Assembly: GCF_006345805.1 (NCBI RefSeq)
Contig: NC_043010.1
Coordinates: forward strand, 31,744,001 to 31,808,000
DNA length: 64,000 bases
Source: Octopus sinensis
Lineage: Eukaryota
Direction: 5' to 3'
Below, in pieces: positions 1 through 13,152 of the stretch. The notes under the pieces are model-generated. The model searched no databases, was not told the DNA's origin, and saw nothing but the letters and a program-made list of their open reading frames with translations. Position numbers and translations under genes: made by a program. Each line of letters begins with the position of its first letter. Position 1 is the first letter of the stretch.

Positions 1-229
1 CATACACAAACACACACACACATATATATATATAAGCATACTTTTATAAATATATGCATTTATATAGATAAATAGATAGATAGATAGATAGATACATACA
101 TACATACACACATACACATATGCATATATATATATACATACATACATACGTATATATATATATACACACACACATTCAGGTGAATGTGTAAATGTACATC
201 CATATATAGATGTTTGTATATATCATATA

Positions 230-289
<60 letters not shown>

Positions 290-692
290 TACAAATGTAC
301 ACAGACATACGCACATATGTATTTCCGCATGTATACAAAATATAAGCGCATACAATAAACATATACACACATACACGCATTAAGTATGTGTAACAGAGGG
401 GCGGTATGTGTGCGTATGTATGTGTGGCGCGGGTGTGTGTATTTATGTGCGTTTTGTGTGCATGTACATATCATGACAATTATTCAAGTGAATATATTAT
501 ATTTCAGGGGTGGACAGATTGTGTTGAAATGGGAGTGAGAAAAGGATTTAAAAAGGAAAATAAATAACGAGTCAACAATACATGTGTATACATAGCTGTA
601 CATACTTCTATGTACATGTATGTATGTGTGTATGTATGTATGTATGTATGTATGTATGTATGTATGTATGTATGTATGTATGTATGTATGTG
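1..692. repeat. Compound microsatellite field (CA, TA, TAGA, TACA/TATG)
   Basis: Direct reading; explains the Y/I/H/T/C/V-rich spurious ORFs here. Confidence 0.95.
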
Positions 693-1181
693 CATGTACG
701 AACACATACGGATGTGTATGTAGCTATTTTCTTATTTTTACAAAGTGAATGCCATGTTAATAATGTATTAAGGTGTCAAGAAGCTCAATTTATGAACTAT
801 TTCTGACTAAGTATATATCTGTGTCAATATCGTCAATGTCCTTACCATTCCAGCCACGATCAGACATTAGTGAATACGTCAAAACACACCGACTAAACCC
901 ACCCGTTCCACCACTACACTACCTTTTTACACGAACCCGCACGCTCACACAGTGATATCAATTCTTAATGTATAGCTTAAACTTTTAGATAACATGACGA
1001 AACTTCACCTGGTGCGATTTTATATGTGTGTGTGTGCGTGCGTGCGTGTACCTATCATCATATATGTGTACATATACATACATACATACATACCTACATA
1101 TGTATAAATATTTATATATATATATATATACATACATATATACATATATACATATATATATAAATATATATATATATATAT

Positions 1182-1213
<32 letters not shown>

Positions 1214-1352
1214 ATATACACACATACATACATATATACACAGATAGATAGGATAGTTTGTAGAAATACATAAACCCGGAGGAGAAGCACACTCTAAAAT
1301 GTAGACCAGTTTATATTATAATCGGCCTATCCCACTATAATATATACATACA

Positions 1353-1386
<34 letters not shown>

Positions 1387-1411
1387 CATATATACATATA
1401 TACATATATAC

Positions 1412-1496
<85 letters not shown>

Positions 1497-1960
1497 TTAA
1501 TAATGATAGGCAGAACAGAGATTTTTCACATCCATAATTTAATTTAAGTTATTTACAGTTTCAACCTGCATTAATAAAAGCAGCTGCACTGACCTGTAAT
1601 CCTCATACTTGCAACATCAGAGGACTTCTTCGCAAATCGTTGGCGAGACTCAACTGTCACATTCGACATGAGCATTATGACTGACAAAGAAAGTATAGGT
1701 TGTCGGATCCTCATACGTCGAAACCGTCGGAAGAGTCTATCATATATATATATATATGATATATACAAACTTCCAAAAAGATGGCACTTTTTTCCGATAA
1801 AACCAAGAACTTATACCTTGTAGAAAACAGCACATATGCACGACTCCTACATAGCAGCATTATTAACAATTACACCAAAGCCAGGCAAGAAATTTATAAC
1901 GGAGTTGATAAAGGAGCTAGCATTATAGCCACCAGATTTAAATTAAAGAGCATTTTTTGA

Positions 1961-2035
1961 TTGCCTCTATAACTGATGAGATGCCGGAGCAGTTTTCCGC
2001 CCCGACATCCGAAACTCGGAGTCTTATTATGGCAA
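1961..2035 (+). ncRNA. Type I hammerhead ribozyme fold (PLE/retrozyme-type)
   Basis: Stem I ttgcc..ataa / ttat..ggcaa; core CTGATGA 1973-1979; imperfect stem II gatgccgg..ccgacatc; GAAA 2011-2014; near-palindromic stem III actcggagt; GTC triplet 2021-2023. Confidence 0.8.
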
Positions 2036-2120
2036 CCGAATAATTGTCACATATTATGACAGATAAATTCCTCTATTTACATAATATAGAGGTTTCACTT
2101 ATTCTTTGTTGTCTTACCTT

Positions 2121-2173
<53 letters not shown>

Positions 2174-2760
2174 TATAGTGGGCCGTCTCTACTCTGTTCA
2201 TTGGTGTATGTATGCATGTATGCACCTGATGTGTGAAAGTGTGTACTTTGTACTTGTTGACTGTGGGTCTTGCTTTGCAAGTTGACAAACTCAACGTTGT
2301 AGTTCACCGTTTTTTGCTGAAATTAGTTACCTCGTATCCCAGGAATATGCAACAGCTCGCTCTAAAGCATTGTTCCAAGCATAAATAGTTGTCGAATGCA
2401 CTCCTCCAGTATGTTCCAATCCCGAGAAGGCAGAGCGAAAAGAGAACCTTCACGTGTTTCATGACACACACTGCTAAAAGCCTTGTCATAATTTCACCTC
2501 GAAAGTACCGTTTCTGCCGAGATCACCAATCTTTACTGATTTGCGGAGTAAATCTTCGGTGTAGATCTCTCACAAATAACTTTTATAGTCAACAGCTGTT
2601 TTGGCCATTAATCCCTAATTTCTCCATACAAAATCTGTCACTAGTCATCTCTTCCGTCTTGCAATATAAAAACAAAATTAAACTCCTTACAGGAAAGATG
2701 TCCCCTTGCATCCTTGTGCCTTATCCCACGGATACAGATTCTTAACATTGTCTTTAACTA

Positions 2761-3961
2761 TTAGGTCGTCAAGTATGAAATTTATAGAAAAGAAAAAAGT
2801 TTGTTAAAGGAATAGTTTTATTCATCAAAGTATGTACTTTTGCCATTTCAGCAGCAACTTATCCAGCCTGGAAATATAAAAGCTTGGCAATCTAGAGTCA
2901 ATAAAATCTTGGAATTAATTTTTTTCCCATCAAAAAGTTATCCAAATTCTAGAAGAAGTGGTAGTCAGTGGGGGTAAGTATGGTGGATGATGGAGAACTT
3001 CCAACTCCAGCTCCAGTAGTTTCGCTAATGTCACTTTTGCGATGTGTGGTCTGGCGCTGTCTTGCAATAAAATAGGAGTGGGTCTGTTGACTAATCTAGG
3101 CTGTTTTTTGTAAGTTTCTGCATCATTTGGTCCATTTGGCTGCAGTATACATCGGTCGGGATTGATGAGCTAGGTTTAATGAAATTATAATGGACCACAT
3201 CTGCGCCAGACCACCAAACACACACCATCAGCTTCTTTTGATGATTTTTGCGTTTTGGACTGTGTTTTGACGGTTCGTTTTTGTCTAACCATTGTGCTGA
3301 ACGTTTACGGTTGTTGTATTGGATCCATTTCTCATCATGTCACAATTCGATTAAAAAATTATTCAGTTTTGTGACGAGAAAATAGCATAATGCAGACTTC
3401 CAAACGTTGCTGTTTCTGATTTTCATTGAGTTCATGTGGAACCCACTTATGCAACTTTTTCACTTTACCGATTTGAACTAGGTGAGTCAGTATTGTTTGC
3501 TTGCTAACATCAAACGACAACGATAATTCACGGCAACTTTGAGATGGATATGACTCGACGGTGGCTTTCACTTCGTCATTATCCACCTTTGTTTCTGGTC
3601 GACCGCGTTGCTCATTTGCGAGGTCAAAGTTACCAGGACGAAATTTTGCAAACCAATTTGATACTGTCTGCTGTGTAATAACATTAGAATGAAATACTCC
3701 ATTAATATTCCGAGCTGTCTGTGATGCTATATTTCTAAGAAAGAACTCAAATTTCAAAACTGTACGAATTTCCTCTAAACAGAACTAGAAAAAATCGATT
3801 TATAAATTCTTTATAAAGCGCAAAATAATTTGGAATAAAGAAATAGATGTGTCAGCTTTCTAACAAAAAATAAGGTTTATCAAAATATTAATGGCGCAAA
3901 ATGAGCAGCTTTCAAAGTTTACCATATTACCTTACTACAAATTTCATACTTGACGACCTAA
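2761..3961 (-). mobile_element. Full-length decayed mariner (Tc1/mariner) transposon
   Basis: TIRs ttaggtcgtcaagtatgaaattt / aaatttcatacttgacgacctaa with flanking TA; about 1.2 kb; minus-strand transposase remnants with an HTH region, WVPHEL, CDEKWI-like and LLQDSARPH motifs. Confidence 0.95.
3359..3757 (-). pseudogene. Mariner transposase N-terminal fragment (disrupted)
   Basis: ORF contains WFAKFRPGNFDL..RGRP and KWVPHEL; continuation is frameshifted. Confidence 0.9.
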
Positions 3962-5008
3962 TATATCGCCTCCATAAACAACCATGGTATAGCTTTATAC
4001 TTATAGTATGTTCCTTCTGACATACCTTCAGTAAAACTCTTTTCATGACAGCAAAAAGTTTCAACTTCTACCTTGTGGATGACAATAGGCGCATTTGATT
4101 GATTAGCATTGCATAGATTTAAATGTTTATAAGTTCTTTATTATTAATTTCCTGAAAAAAATGAACATGTTTTTCGTCATCAGCATAGAACATTTTAGAA
4201 CAATCAAGTGGAATTTTAAATTCATTAAGTAGCAGGAAGAAATTGAACTCTATCGATTTTGCTGCAGTTTCTAAGACAAGTTGTGGCACCATGCACAACC
4301 ATCCTCGTTGACTGGAATATTAGTAGTGTGTAGTGTTGCTGTTATTGTTTCGTATCAATTCTGCTCTGACAAAAAAAACCTATGACCAAAGATATTCTAA
4401 CCATTACCATCCCGTAATGTAATTTTTTATGATCCTCGCCAGATTGAACTGAAACATCAATTAGAAGAATACAGATGAGGAACTGAGGTTACCCTGATTC
4501 CCAGAGTATTTTTTGCCCCAGATCAGTCCTTCCTTCCATGCTGAAGCTGACACCCACCGCCGCCAAAAACAAAAACAACAACAACAAAACTTTATTAGTA
4601 TACACAAGCCTCGGCATGCAAGAAACATGTTGATGAAACAGAAACAGCTTCAACATCCACTCTATGTTCAAAAGTTGTACTTGGAATGGGATAAAGCAAG
4701 GGCAATCAGTACAGTCGCAAACCTTGAATAACAAGTCAATAACAGGTTTCAACAATTTAATTCTGGTCTTTAATATTTACAGAGATGACTTGTTGAAGTA
4801 GAAAACATAGGAAAAAAGACGACAAAATAAACATTTCATTCAAATTCAGATTAATGATAATACAGACATTAGACAAATACCAACAGAATACTTCCGATTT
4901 CATGAAAAAATGAAAGTTGATCTAACAAAATTTTACATAAGCATTATTCAGAAAAATTGATTATTACATCATCAAAAGAGACAACTATACCATATATTTT
5001 AAAGATAA

Positions 5009-5160
5009 TAATCATGAGGAAGCTGATACATCGATGGTTTGCTTAGCAACAAATGCATTACAGAACTGTCTTGAAGCACAAGTGGTCTTCAGCTTAGATA
5101 CTGATGTCTTGATTCTGGCTGTTATACATCATGACAAACTCTGCAGATACAATACGACAA
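5009..5160 (+). pseudogene. Remnant of a TE-associated PIN/XPG-like nuclease domain
   Basis: Reads NHEEADTSMVCLA..VVFSLDTDVLILAV, an EAD..DxD acidic pattern; interrupted by a SINE. Confidence 0.5.
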
Positions 5161-5171
5161 GTATCGCATCA

Positions 5172-5400
5172 GGTAAGCTGGCAGAAACGTTAGCGCGCCG
5201 GGCAAAATGCGTAGCCGTATTTCGTCTGTCTTGACGTTCTGAGTTCAAATTCCGCCGAGGTTGACTTTGCCTTTCATCCTTTCGGGGTCGATTAAATAAG
5301 TACCAGTTACACACTGGGGTCGATATAATCGACTTAATCCGTTTGTCTGTCCTTGTTTGTCCTCTCTGTGTTTGGCCCTTTGTGGCTAGTAAAGAAATAG
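5172..5400 (+). mobile_element. tRNA-derived SINE family A, full copy with target-site duplication
   Basis: B-box-like gagttcaaattcc; body ctttcatcctttcggggtcga..aagtaccag; direct repeat gtatcgcatcaggt at 5161 and 5401. Confidence 0.85.
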
Positions 5401-7404
5401 GTATCGCATCAGGTGTTTTGGATCTGAGCCAATTTGGATTGTGCTGGGGTGAGGCAAAGCAATAATGTAGCCAGTATTGCACCAACTGAATCAGACAATT
5501 TCCTGGAGTAGGCAAAAAAAAAAAAATGATTTCAATTGAAACTGAATGAAGAATGCAAGATAATACATAAGATAACAAATGTTCTGGATTTAAGGTGGAA
5601 TATCTCTTGAAAACATATGGGTGAAAGTAGCAAATTCCCTATATTGGATTCTTTGGCCCAGAAAAAAAATATTAGACAAGCATACTTTATTCAGTTTCTA
5701 GATTGAATTCAGTTTCTAGATTGACTAATAGATGAGTTTGCATAAAATATATATTTTACAGTGGTCATTTTGAAAATGTAAGATGCTGACCATACAGATC
5801 TCTGTACAAAAACCACTATTAATTTTCAGATCTTCCATTCTCTGATGATTCCAAAAATGTTTCAGGTTTAATAATCTCCAAAGTTTTTAACTAAAATTGA
5901 TTAAAGATTGTGAACCTGGCCACATTGCAAATCACACGCTACCATTTTAGAAGGGAGGGACACATTGAACAATATATGTAACCCTACATATGGACTACGT
6001 CTGAATGAAAAATAGAGAAGTGATGGCTTGAACATTAGTTTTGGTCGTATGGGATGTTGATCTGTGGTTAAGTGGTGTGAAGGCGGTAGGTGCCAGTGGT
6101 TGATGGGAAGAGGAGAATAATCTATATAAGCAACAGAATAATCTCTATAATAACAAAACCAACAAAGTATCAGTGTGAAGACAACAACAGTAGCAGTAAT
6201 AACAATAGCAGTAACAATAGTAATACTAATAATGACAGTAACGATAACAGTAAGAGCAGTAACAACCACTAGGGATAATGGTGGATATTGGGGAAAGAGA
6301 GAGGGGTAGAGAAGGAAAGAGAGAGAGAGAGAGTGTGTGTGTGTGTGTGAAAAAGGGAATGTGTGTGAAAGAGGGAGAGAAAGAGAAAGGAAGAGAGGTA
6401 AAACAGTATTGTGTGGGTCAATACACAAGCAGCGTAGCTACAGAGGAATGCAGATATCAGTGAGATAGCAGGATGGCCATTGTGTCATTTGAATGGTTGG
6501 CGGGGGTGAAAAGATTGAATGTACCCCGGTTATCAGTAAAACTTCAGATTTTACAAACTATTAAACACAAAATTCCGACAAGGAAACACATTTATTTCAA
6601 GAGAAAAAGTTTGAAAGAACAAAAGTATTTCGTAGACATGAAAACAAATCTCTAATACCATCATCATCATCCTCATCCTCGTCATCATCATCGTTTAACA
6701 TACCCTTTTTCATGCTTGCGTAAGTCAGATGGAATTTTCTGTGGCAGATTTCTATGGCTGGATGCCCGTCCTGTTGCCAACCCTCTCCTGCTTTCAAGTA
6801 AAGAAACCATCATCACCACCACCACCACCATTTCCGATATAATCATAATCAACACACCCTGAAAGGTTTTTGTCAAAATTTGCATTGAAAAATACCTTAT
6901 TTTTCAGAAAGTTATGAAGAAACAAAAATGACTCGCATGAATTTTCTGAAACTCCTCTCCTCACATAGTTTTTCACAACAAATTCAGATATAATTGGAGC
7001 ATATTTGAATAAAATTTCATTTAAAAATATTCATTTTTTCTGGAAGTTATAAAGAAACAAAGTTGGTAGGCATATTTGTGTACATATGCCCATTGCTTTA
7101 ACATAATACTAGTTTAAATAACTACATACCAGCTTGCTTTGCTTCACTTTGAGTTTGTATGTAACAATATTCAATTATATAACTACTTACGAACAGGGTG
7201 TTTTCACACCTTTTTTTACCATAAGGGAGATTTCTTTCTCCACAGTAACTACAGTGTATTTGCCTTTAGCTGTTAGATATGTGACAAACATATTTCAACT
7301 AACCTAAATTGTGATTATATGTAAACACTGCTTAGCACCATTACTCCGATATTTTTCTCGATCGGGCGATGTACTTGTGCAAATCAGTTAATGTGTTGGC
7401 TGAA

Positions 7405-7822
7405 TCATATCTATAAAAGGGAGGATGTGTGTGTGTGCGTGTGTGTGTGTGTACGTACGTGATTGTAATTTATGCACGTCCACAAATTAGCACGCATGTC
7501 GCTCCAATTTTAGGACATTTGTCAACATCCTATTTGGGTTTTGTCAACTTATTATTTTCCCCGAAGCACCCGTGGGTAGCGTAAATATCTATTTTCAGAC
7601 ATAGCTTTTAGCCACGAAAAATATCAGCCTTAGCTTTTTTGATGGCGTCTAACAAAATAAAAAGATAAAGAAAAGTGGAAGAAGGAGGCAGAGAGTTTCA
7701 CGGAAAAGACAAAGTGAGAGAGGGAGAGACAGAGATTAAACGACAACGTTCTTGCCAGCGTCTAACAAAAAAAGATAAAGAAAAGTGGAAGAAGGAGGAA
7801 GAGAGTTTCACGAGAAAGACAA

Positions 7823-7919
<97 letters not shown>

Positions 7920-8323
7920 TAAGTTATGACGTTCATAAAAAATAAAATGTAAAATGTTTTTTTTTTGGTTTTGAAAGATAATATATTTTATAATCATAGT
8001 ATATATACATTAGTGAAAATCGTGCGAGTGTTAATCTACAAATTTAACAACATTTTCCCCATTCATTTCTGTTTATGAGCATGTATGTATGCACAAAACA
8101 TGCAATAGGTGTACGTACGTACGTGTGTGTATGTGTGTTCGTGTCTGTTGCCCATATATATTTATATTAAATTATATATATATAATATATATATAATATA
8201 ACTGATTTCAACGGATTTCGCCCAAATTTGACGTCTATATTACTTAGTTTGGTTTGAAATAAAGAACTTGATTAGCTTAATAATCGTAACTTAATCCCGG
8301 GCAAGGCTGGGTTATACTGCTAG
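7405..8323 (+). mobile_element. Non-autonomous Helitron-like element
   Basis: 5' A|TC..tataaa, 3' GC-rich hairpin cccgggcaaggctggg then CTAG|T; internal ~75-bp duplication and (GA)n. Confidence 0.7.
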
Positions 8324-8948
8324 TTATATATAAAGCTATAAGCTTTATTCAGTTCGTTCAGAGTTGTCTCGCTTCGCTACATCGTTTGCTGCTGACATTT
8401 TTGCTAGTGTGTCTTATTTTTCTGTTGGTGATTTTTGTTAATTGTACTGTTTGTTGCTTTGTGGATTCCTGTGTGAATCGAACTTTGTCGCCGTTTCGAC
8501 GGTGTTTTCTCCCTACGAGGCGGAAAATTGTTAATTAATTTTGTGAACTTTGCCCAGTACAGGGGGAAATATTTTTTTCTACTTTTGTCATTTGTGACAG
8601 AAGGTGTATTTTTTCTACGTTGCTGTCTGTAAAGACAATATTGTATCTAAAAAAAAAAAAAAAAAAGAAGGGAATTTGATTTAAAATCAAATAAAGATTT
8701 CCTCTCAATGCAAGGGAATGTTGAAGCAAATGAAGGTGAAAAACTGAGTTTTTCAGCGGCCGTTGGAAGCAACTTTATAGATATGAACGTTACAAAGGAA
8801 CAATTGTTCAAGTTCAGAAATCTTATAAAGAAGACGGGAAGTGACACTAAACTCTTGCCACTACTATACAAAATCTGGCATCAAAAATGGTGGTCTATAA
8901 AATTTACAATAAAAAGGAAAAGAGAATAATGCCTACAAAAATGAAACA

Positions 8949-9407
8949 GTGGAAAAGTGCCTGGCGCCCATATGGGGCAAAATCGCGTACAACGGAAAAG
9001 GAGTGAGAAGCGCTACAGTGGAGGCGCATTTTAAAGATGCCGAAATGGCAAAACAAATATCAACTCAAACTTTAAGGAACGACGAAATAATCCCCCTTCC
9101 GACATATTTTGGAAGGAGGACAGCAAAAATCCCAATAGGGGAAATACCAACCGAGTACGAGGCGTCATGGTTGGCCGCTGCGGTTATCTATGACGCCGAA
9201 GAGGAAATAACTATATTACAAATGAGAAGGAGGGAGGCCATTAACTGGAAAGGCCAGACCCTGGAATCAAGGCCAGATCGAATCTTTATAGGGGTGGGAC
9301 TAAATGCCCGTGTTTTGGTGGAAGGTCGAAGACCGAGGTGTTTTAAGTGTGGCGAGAAGGGATACATGAGGTCAGACTGTGAAAAGGTAAAAAGACAAAA
9401 AAGGTAG
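8949..9407 (+). pseudogene. LINE ORF1 (gag-like zinc knuckle) fragment
   Basis: RPRCFKCGEKGYMRSDC, a degenerate CCHC knuckle. Confidence 0.8.
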
Positions 9408-10033
9408 ATGTCCCCCACCTAAAAGAAAAAGGTATAGAAACCAACATGGAGGAGGAGAAAAAAACAGGAAAACCGGAGAAAGAGACAAAGAAAGAGGAGG
9501 AGAATAAATCACAGAAAACAAAAGATGACGATAAAGGAAGTCAACAAGATGAAACGTAAGAAATGGATTACACAGTTGTGACACACAAAAGAAAAAAGTC
9601 CCAGCCCCTGACTCCCCTTCCATAACATAGAAAGCAATAACCACACGCGCAGGCACACAAGAAAAATTCCCCAGTCCACTCCCAAATCGAAACCCCAGAC
9701 CAAACCACTTTAATCAAAAGAGAGATTTATAAAATACAACGAAAAAAAACAAGTAATGGCTAAAATTTTTGGAGGACACCCGCAGGTGTTCATATATAAG
9801 CGGGTTCAAGACATGCCAGCCCATATTAGGCTGGCAAAAGTTATAGACGATGAACTTTACGAATCCTGTGAAAGAAGGTATCCCAGTGATTTGCTGGACG
9901 TGACTAAAGCAGTAGTCCAGAAAATGCTAGAGGTTGCATCCAGGGAGAAAAAGAGGGTGATACTGCCAAATTTAGTGCAGCCCCTCCCCCAAACGTAAAA
10001 ACGTAAGTTTCTTTTGCTGTTTTAAACTCTTCC

Positions 10034-10760
10034 ATGGAGATTAAAGTAGGGTCTATAAGTGCACGTGACTTGGGGTCGAGATGGAAACAAATCTGTCTCC
10101 TCAACGACCTCAGGTCACTAGATTTATGTGTGGTAACTGACTCTAAGTTGAATGAGCCACACACATTCTCGTCTCTTCTAAGTAGCTACGAGAAATTTAT
10201 TTATCCTAGTCGCCGGGGAGGTGCAGGCGTGGTGGTTTTGTTCAGAAAAGGCTTGGACGTACAGGTAAGTACAGTATTTCAGGATCCAGAAGGTAGGCTG
10301 GTCGTCCTAGATGTGACACATGTAAGTAAGCAGTCTTTAAGGTTGGTAGCTATCTACGCTCCGAAAGAATGTAGGCAAGCTGGGTTTTTTCGTGACTTGG
10401 AGAATTTCTTAGTAACGTCTAAGACTCTAGTTTTAACAGGAGACTTTAACACTATACTCGATGCACGGATGGATAGTGTTGGCTCGGCAAACTGAAGGGG
10501 AAATCCTGGTCTCAAAAGGCTACTAACAAGTCATGACTTTGTAGACCGTTATAGGCTGGATGAACCACTCGTTCCACAGTGGACGCGATCTAATAATAAC
10601 GGTTCACACAGGTCTTATCTCGATAGAATATTCGTTAGAAATAGAGATAAGGATAGTGTTAGTTGTCCACGTTTCTACTGCGTCTCTTACACGAATCACT
10701 AATTTGTGACGTTTAAGGTGTACTTGGTTAAGTGCTATAGACAGGGACCAGGGTACTAGA
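10034..10760 (+). pseudogene. LINE ORF2 apurinic-endonuclease domain (in-frame stops)
   Basis: ORF 10034-10495 and downstream in-frame APE motifs. Confidence 0.88.
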
Positions 10761-11423
10761 AGCTAAACAAGTCTATTTTGACTTGTAAAGCCTTCCAAGC
10801 CCGGGTTAAGGAATTAGTTCAGAGGGCATTATGTGGCGCCATCATCAATAATAGATGGTGGTGCGCCCTCAAACGAGCCTTTCGTTCAGAGTCTGTTAGA
10901 TTTAGTAAAGAGCTAAGTTTAGAAAAGACTAGAATAGAAGGGAAATTAGCTAAGGAATTAGAAGAGGCCATGGAATCTGGCTCTGCATCTAGAGTGCCGG
11001 CGGCGAGGGCGCTCTTGTTCCGCCACCTCAAAGCCAAACACGAAGTTACGTGCAGTGGGGAGAGAGGGCATTTATTTATTTATCCTAGTCGCCGGGACTA
11101 AGTTACGTGCAGTGGGGAGAGAGGGCATTAACGTTGCTGGATGGGCTAATCGTGTGGAGAGTCGTAGAGGCAGAGAAGCCTCTATAAAGTCTTTAATTGA
11201 CGAGCAGGGTCGTAAGATCGAGGGACAAGAGCAGATGCGGAAGGCTTTTCATCAGCATTTTGCCCAGTTATTAGGGGAGAGCGATGCGACGGACCGCGTG
11301 GAGCCCCTAAGGGACTTCCTCAATAGATGTCATTGATTGGTTGAAATTGCCGAAATGCAAGAAATTTAACAACAAATAGCTTACAAACTAAAGAATTTTC
11401 TCAAGAAATCCAAGAGAAAATGA

Positions 11424-11623
11424 TGTTTTATGTAACACATTCTACCAGTATACGAAGTTTTAAAATGTTCAGTTACAAAGAAATTATTTTTTTAGATCTG
11501 CCGGTCAAAGCGAAAAGATCCAAAAATGTTTTATACGATACATTCTACCAGTGTCTGAAGTTTGAAAGTGTTTAGTTACAAAAAATTAATTTCTCAATCT
11601 GCCGCTCAAAAGGTAAAGATCCC
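11424..11623. repeat. ~100-bp tandem duplication, probably a DNA-transposon terminus
   Basis: tgtttta..acattctaccagt..gaagttt..agttaca..tctgccg.tcaaa..aaagatcc occurs twice. Confidence 0.6.
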
Positions 11624-11816
11624 CTATAATATTTGTAGGTCTAAATGTGAAGATGTAAACGGTAAAACAGAATCTTTAAACGAATAAGCTATGTCTACAA
11701 TAAACAACAATAACTGGCAAGAATGATGGGACTATTTAAATTCCTGTCAGATGAGTTCATTTATATTTCTAAACTTAGCTTACTACTATCATAGGCAAAT
11801 ATTATCTTTTACTTAA

Positions 11817-12047
11817 CCTATTTCTTTACTACCCACAAGGGGTTAAACACAGAGGGGATAAACAAGGACAGACAAACAGATTAAGTCGATTACATCGACC
11901 CCAGTGCGTAACTGGTACTTAATTTATCGACCCCGAAAGGATGAAAGGTAAAGTCGACCTCGGCGGAATTTGAACTCAGAACGTAGAGACAGACGAAATA
12001 CTGCTAAGCATTTCGTCTGGCGTGCTAACGTTTCTGCCAGCTCGCCA
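11817..12047 (-). mobile_element. SINE family A copy
   Basis: Reverse complement of the 5172-5400 element. Confidence 0.88.
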
Positions 12048-12444
12048 ACCAATAGATGTTTATTCGTTACGGGATCTTTAAAATAATGGTCAACAACTGC
12101 TACTCTTTATTATTACTTCTGGTTTGTTACGAAAACGTAAAGATGATTAACGTTAAACTTTACAATTTCGCATTTATATTATTACGGAGATGTACTTGCA
12201 TAGCAAGTGATTTGATCTGAGATCGTGTGCTGAAACGAAAACAAGGCAGCACGGAGTTTTGTCAGTGAACAGTTCGCGGTCTTAAAGTGACGAAAATATT
12301 TTGACAAATTAAACTTAAATGTTGAAGCGAATCGAACGGCTTTTGTCTGTTTCTTAAATGGCTTACAAACACCTTCCACGCTGCAATTGTTTTCATTTAC
12401 ATTATAATATTTATATTACGAATTTATATTCCTTATTATATTTA

Positions 12445-13116
12445 GGTAATCTTACAGTTTCGGGTGTTTAAACAAGTAAATAATAATTAAAGGGGAAATA
12501 ACAACTAAACGACGGCATGTAGACTCCCGAAGTGATTGTGCATCAGTACTTTGTAGATCCCACAAATAAGGACCTCCATACGCAAAATGTGGAGAATATG
12601 TAGATGCGGGAAAAGAAAATTACGAGGCGATGTTACGGTATTAGTACCGGTGTACTTCCGGAAGTACCAGATACATTTCAAAAAAGTGTTTTTTTTATAT
12701 ATGGGGGGGGGGGGGTAGGGTTAGGGTATGTGGCGATGCTTCGGTATATGTACACACGTGACTTTGTTTACATTTCTGAAGATAATAGAAACCCTTTTCT
12801 CCCACCCCTAACAGAAACCCTAACCCCCCCCCCATATATAAAAAAACCCCACTTTTTTTTAAATGTATCCAGTACTTCCGGAAGTACACCGGTACTAATA
12901 CCGTAACATCGCCAATTACGACGTCAAAATTTATCCGTGTCGTATTTACACGAATTCATATGGAGGAATTCTGTGCCAAAGAGAGAAAAAAAAAGACTTC
13001 CGTTCACTTTTTGGTGGCTATAGCCAAGTACTACGTTGTGTAACAGAAAGTTGACTTATTTATCTCCCCTTTAATTTTTATTTATTTGTTCAAAACCCGA
13101 AATTGAAGGAATTACC
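12445..13116. mobile_element. MITE with ~55-bp TIRs and TTAA-like flanks (Kolobok-like), hosting a nested MITE
   Basis: ggtaatcttacagtttcgggt..ttaaaggggaaata versus tatctcccctttaa..acccgaaattgaaggaattacc; flanks TTTA / TTAA. Confidence 0.7.
12626..12913. mobile_element. Young palindromic MITE with 8-bp TSD (Merlin-like)
   Basis: TIR ggcgatgttacggtattagtaccggtgtacttccggaagtac is perfect for ~40 bp and imperfect to ~95 bp; TSD aattacga at 12618-12625 and 12914-12921. Confidence 0.9.
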
Positions 13117-13152
13117 TTAACAATCAATAAGTTCGAAGGAATGCCATTTAGG

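Larger units (their letters stand above)
8345..11330 (+). mobile_element. Tx1/L1-clade LINE, 3'-truncated (ORF1 plus ORF2 endonuclease; RT absent)
   Basis: ORF1 zinc knuckle CFKCGEKGYMRSDC; ORF2 APE motifs DPEGRL, AIYAP, LTGDFN, SYLDRIF; linker GYxKLN and IKSL..G; many stops. Confidence 0.9.

Noticed and set aside
60-1292. Long Y/I/C/V/H/T-rich ORFs here and at 21-22, 34-37, 40-43 and 60-61 kb
   Set aside because: They are translations of microsatellites.
1540-1745. Two possible hammerhead relics (CTGATGT on minus; CTGACAA..GAAAC..GTC on plus)
   Set aside because: Cores are mismatched and stems too weak to call.
2300-2620. LINE RT relic on the minus strand (YDKAFSSVCHE)
   Set aside because: A single motif-like match without supporting neighbouring motifs.
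4513-4731. Poly-Q ORF as a host exon
   Set aside because: Driven by a short (CAA)n; no recognisable domain or convincing splice context.
12715-12830. Interstitial telomere
   Set aside because: Only one or two TTAGGG-like units, which are part of MITE arms.
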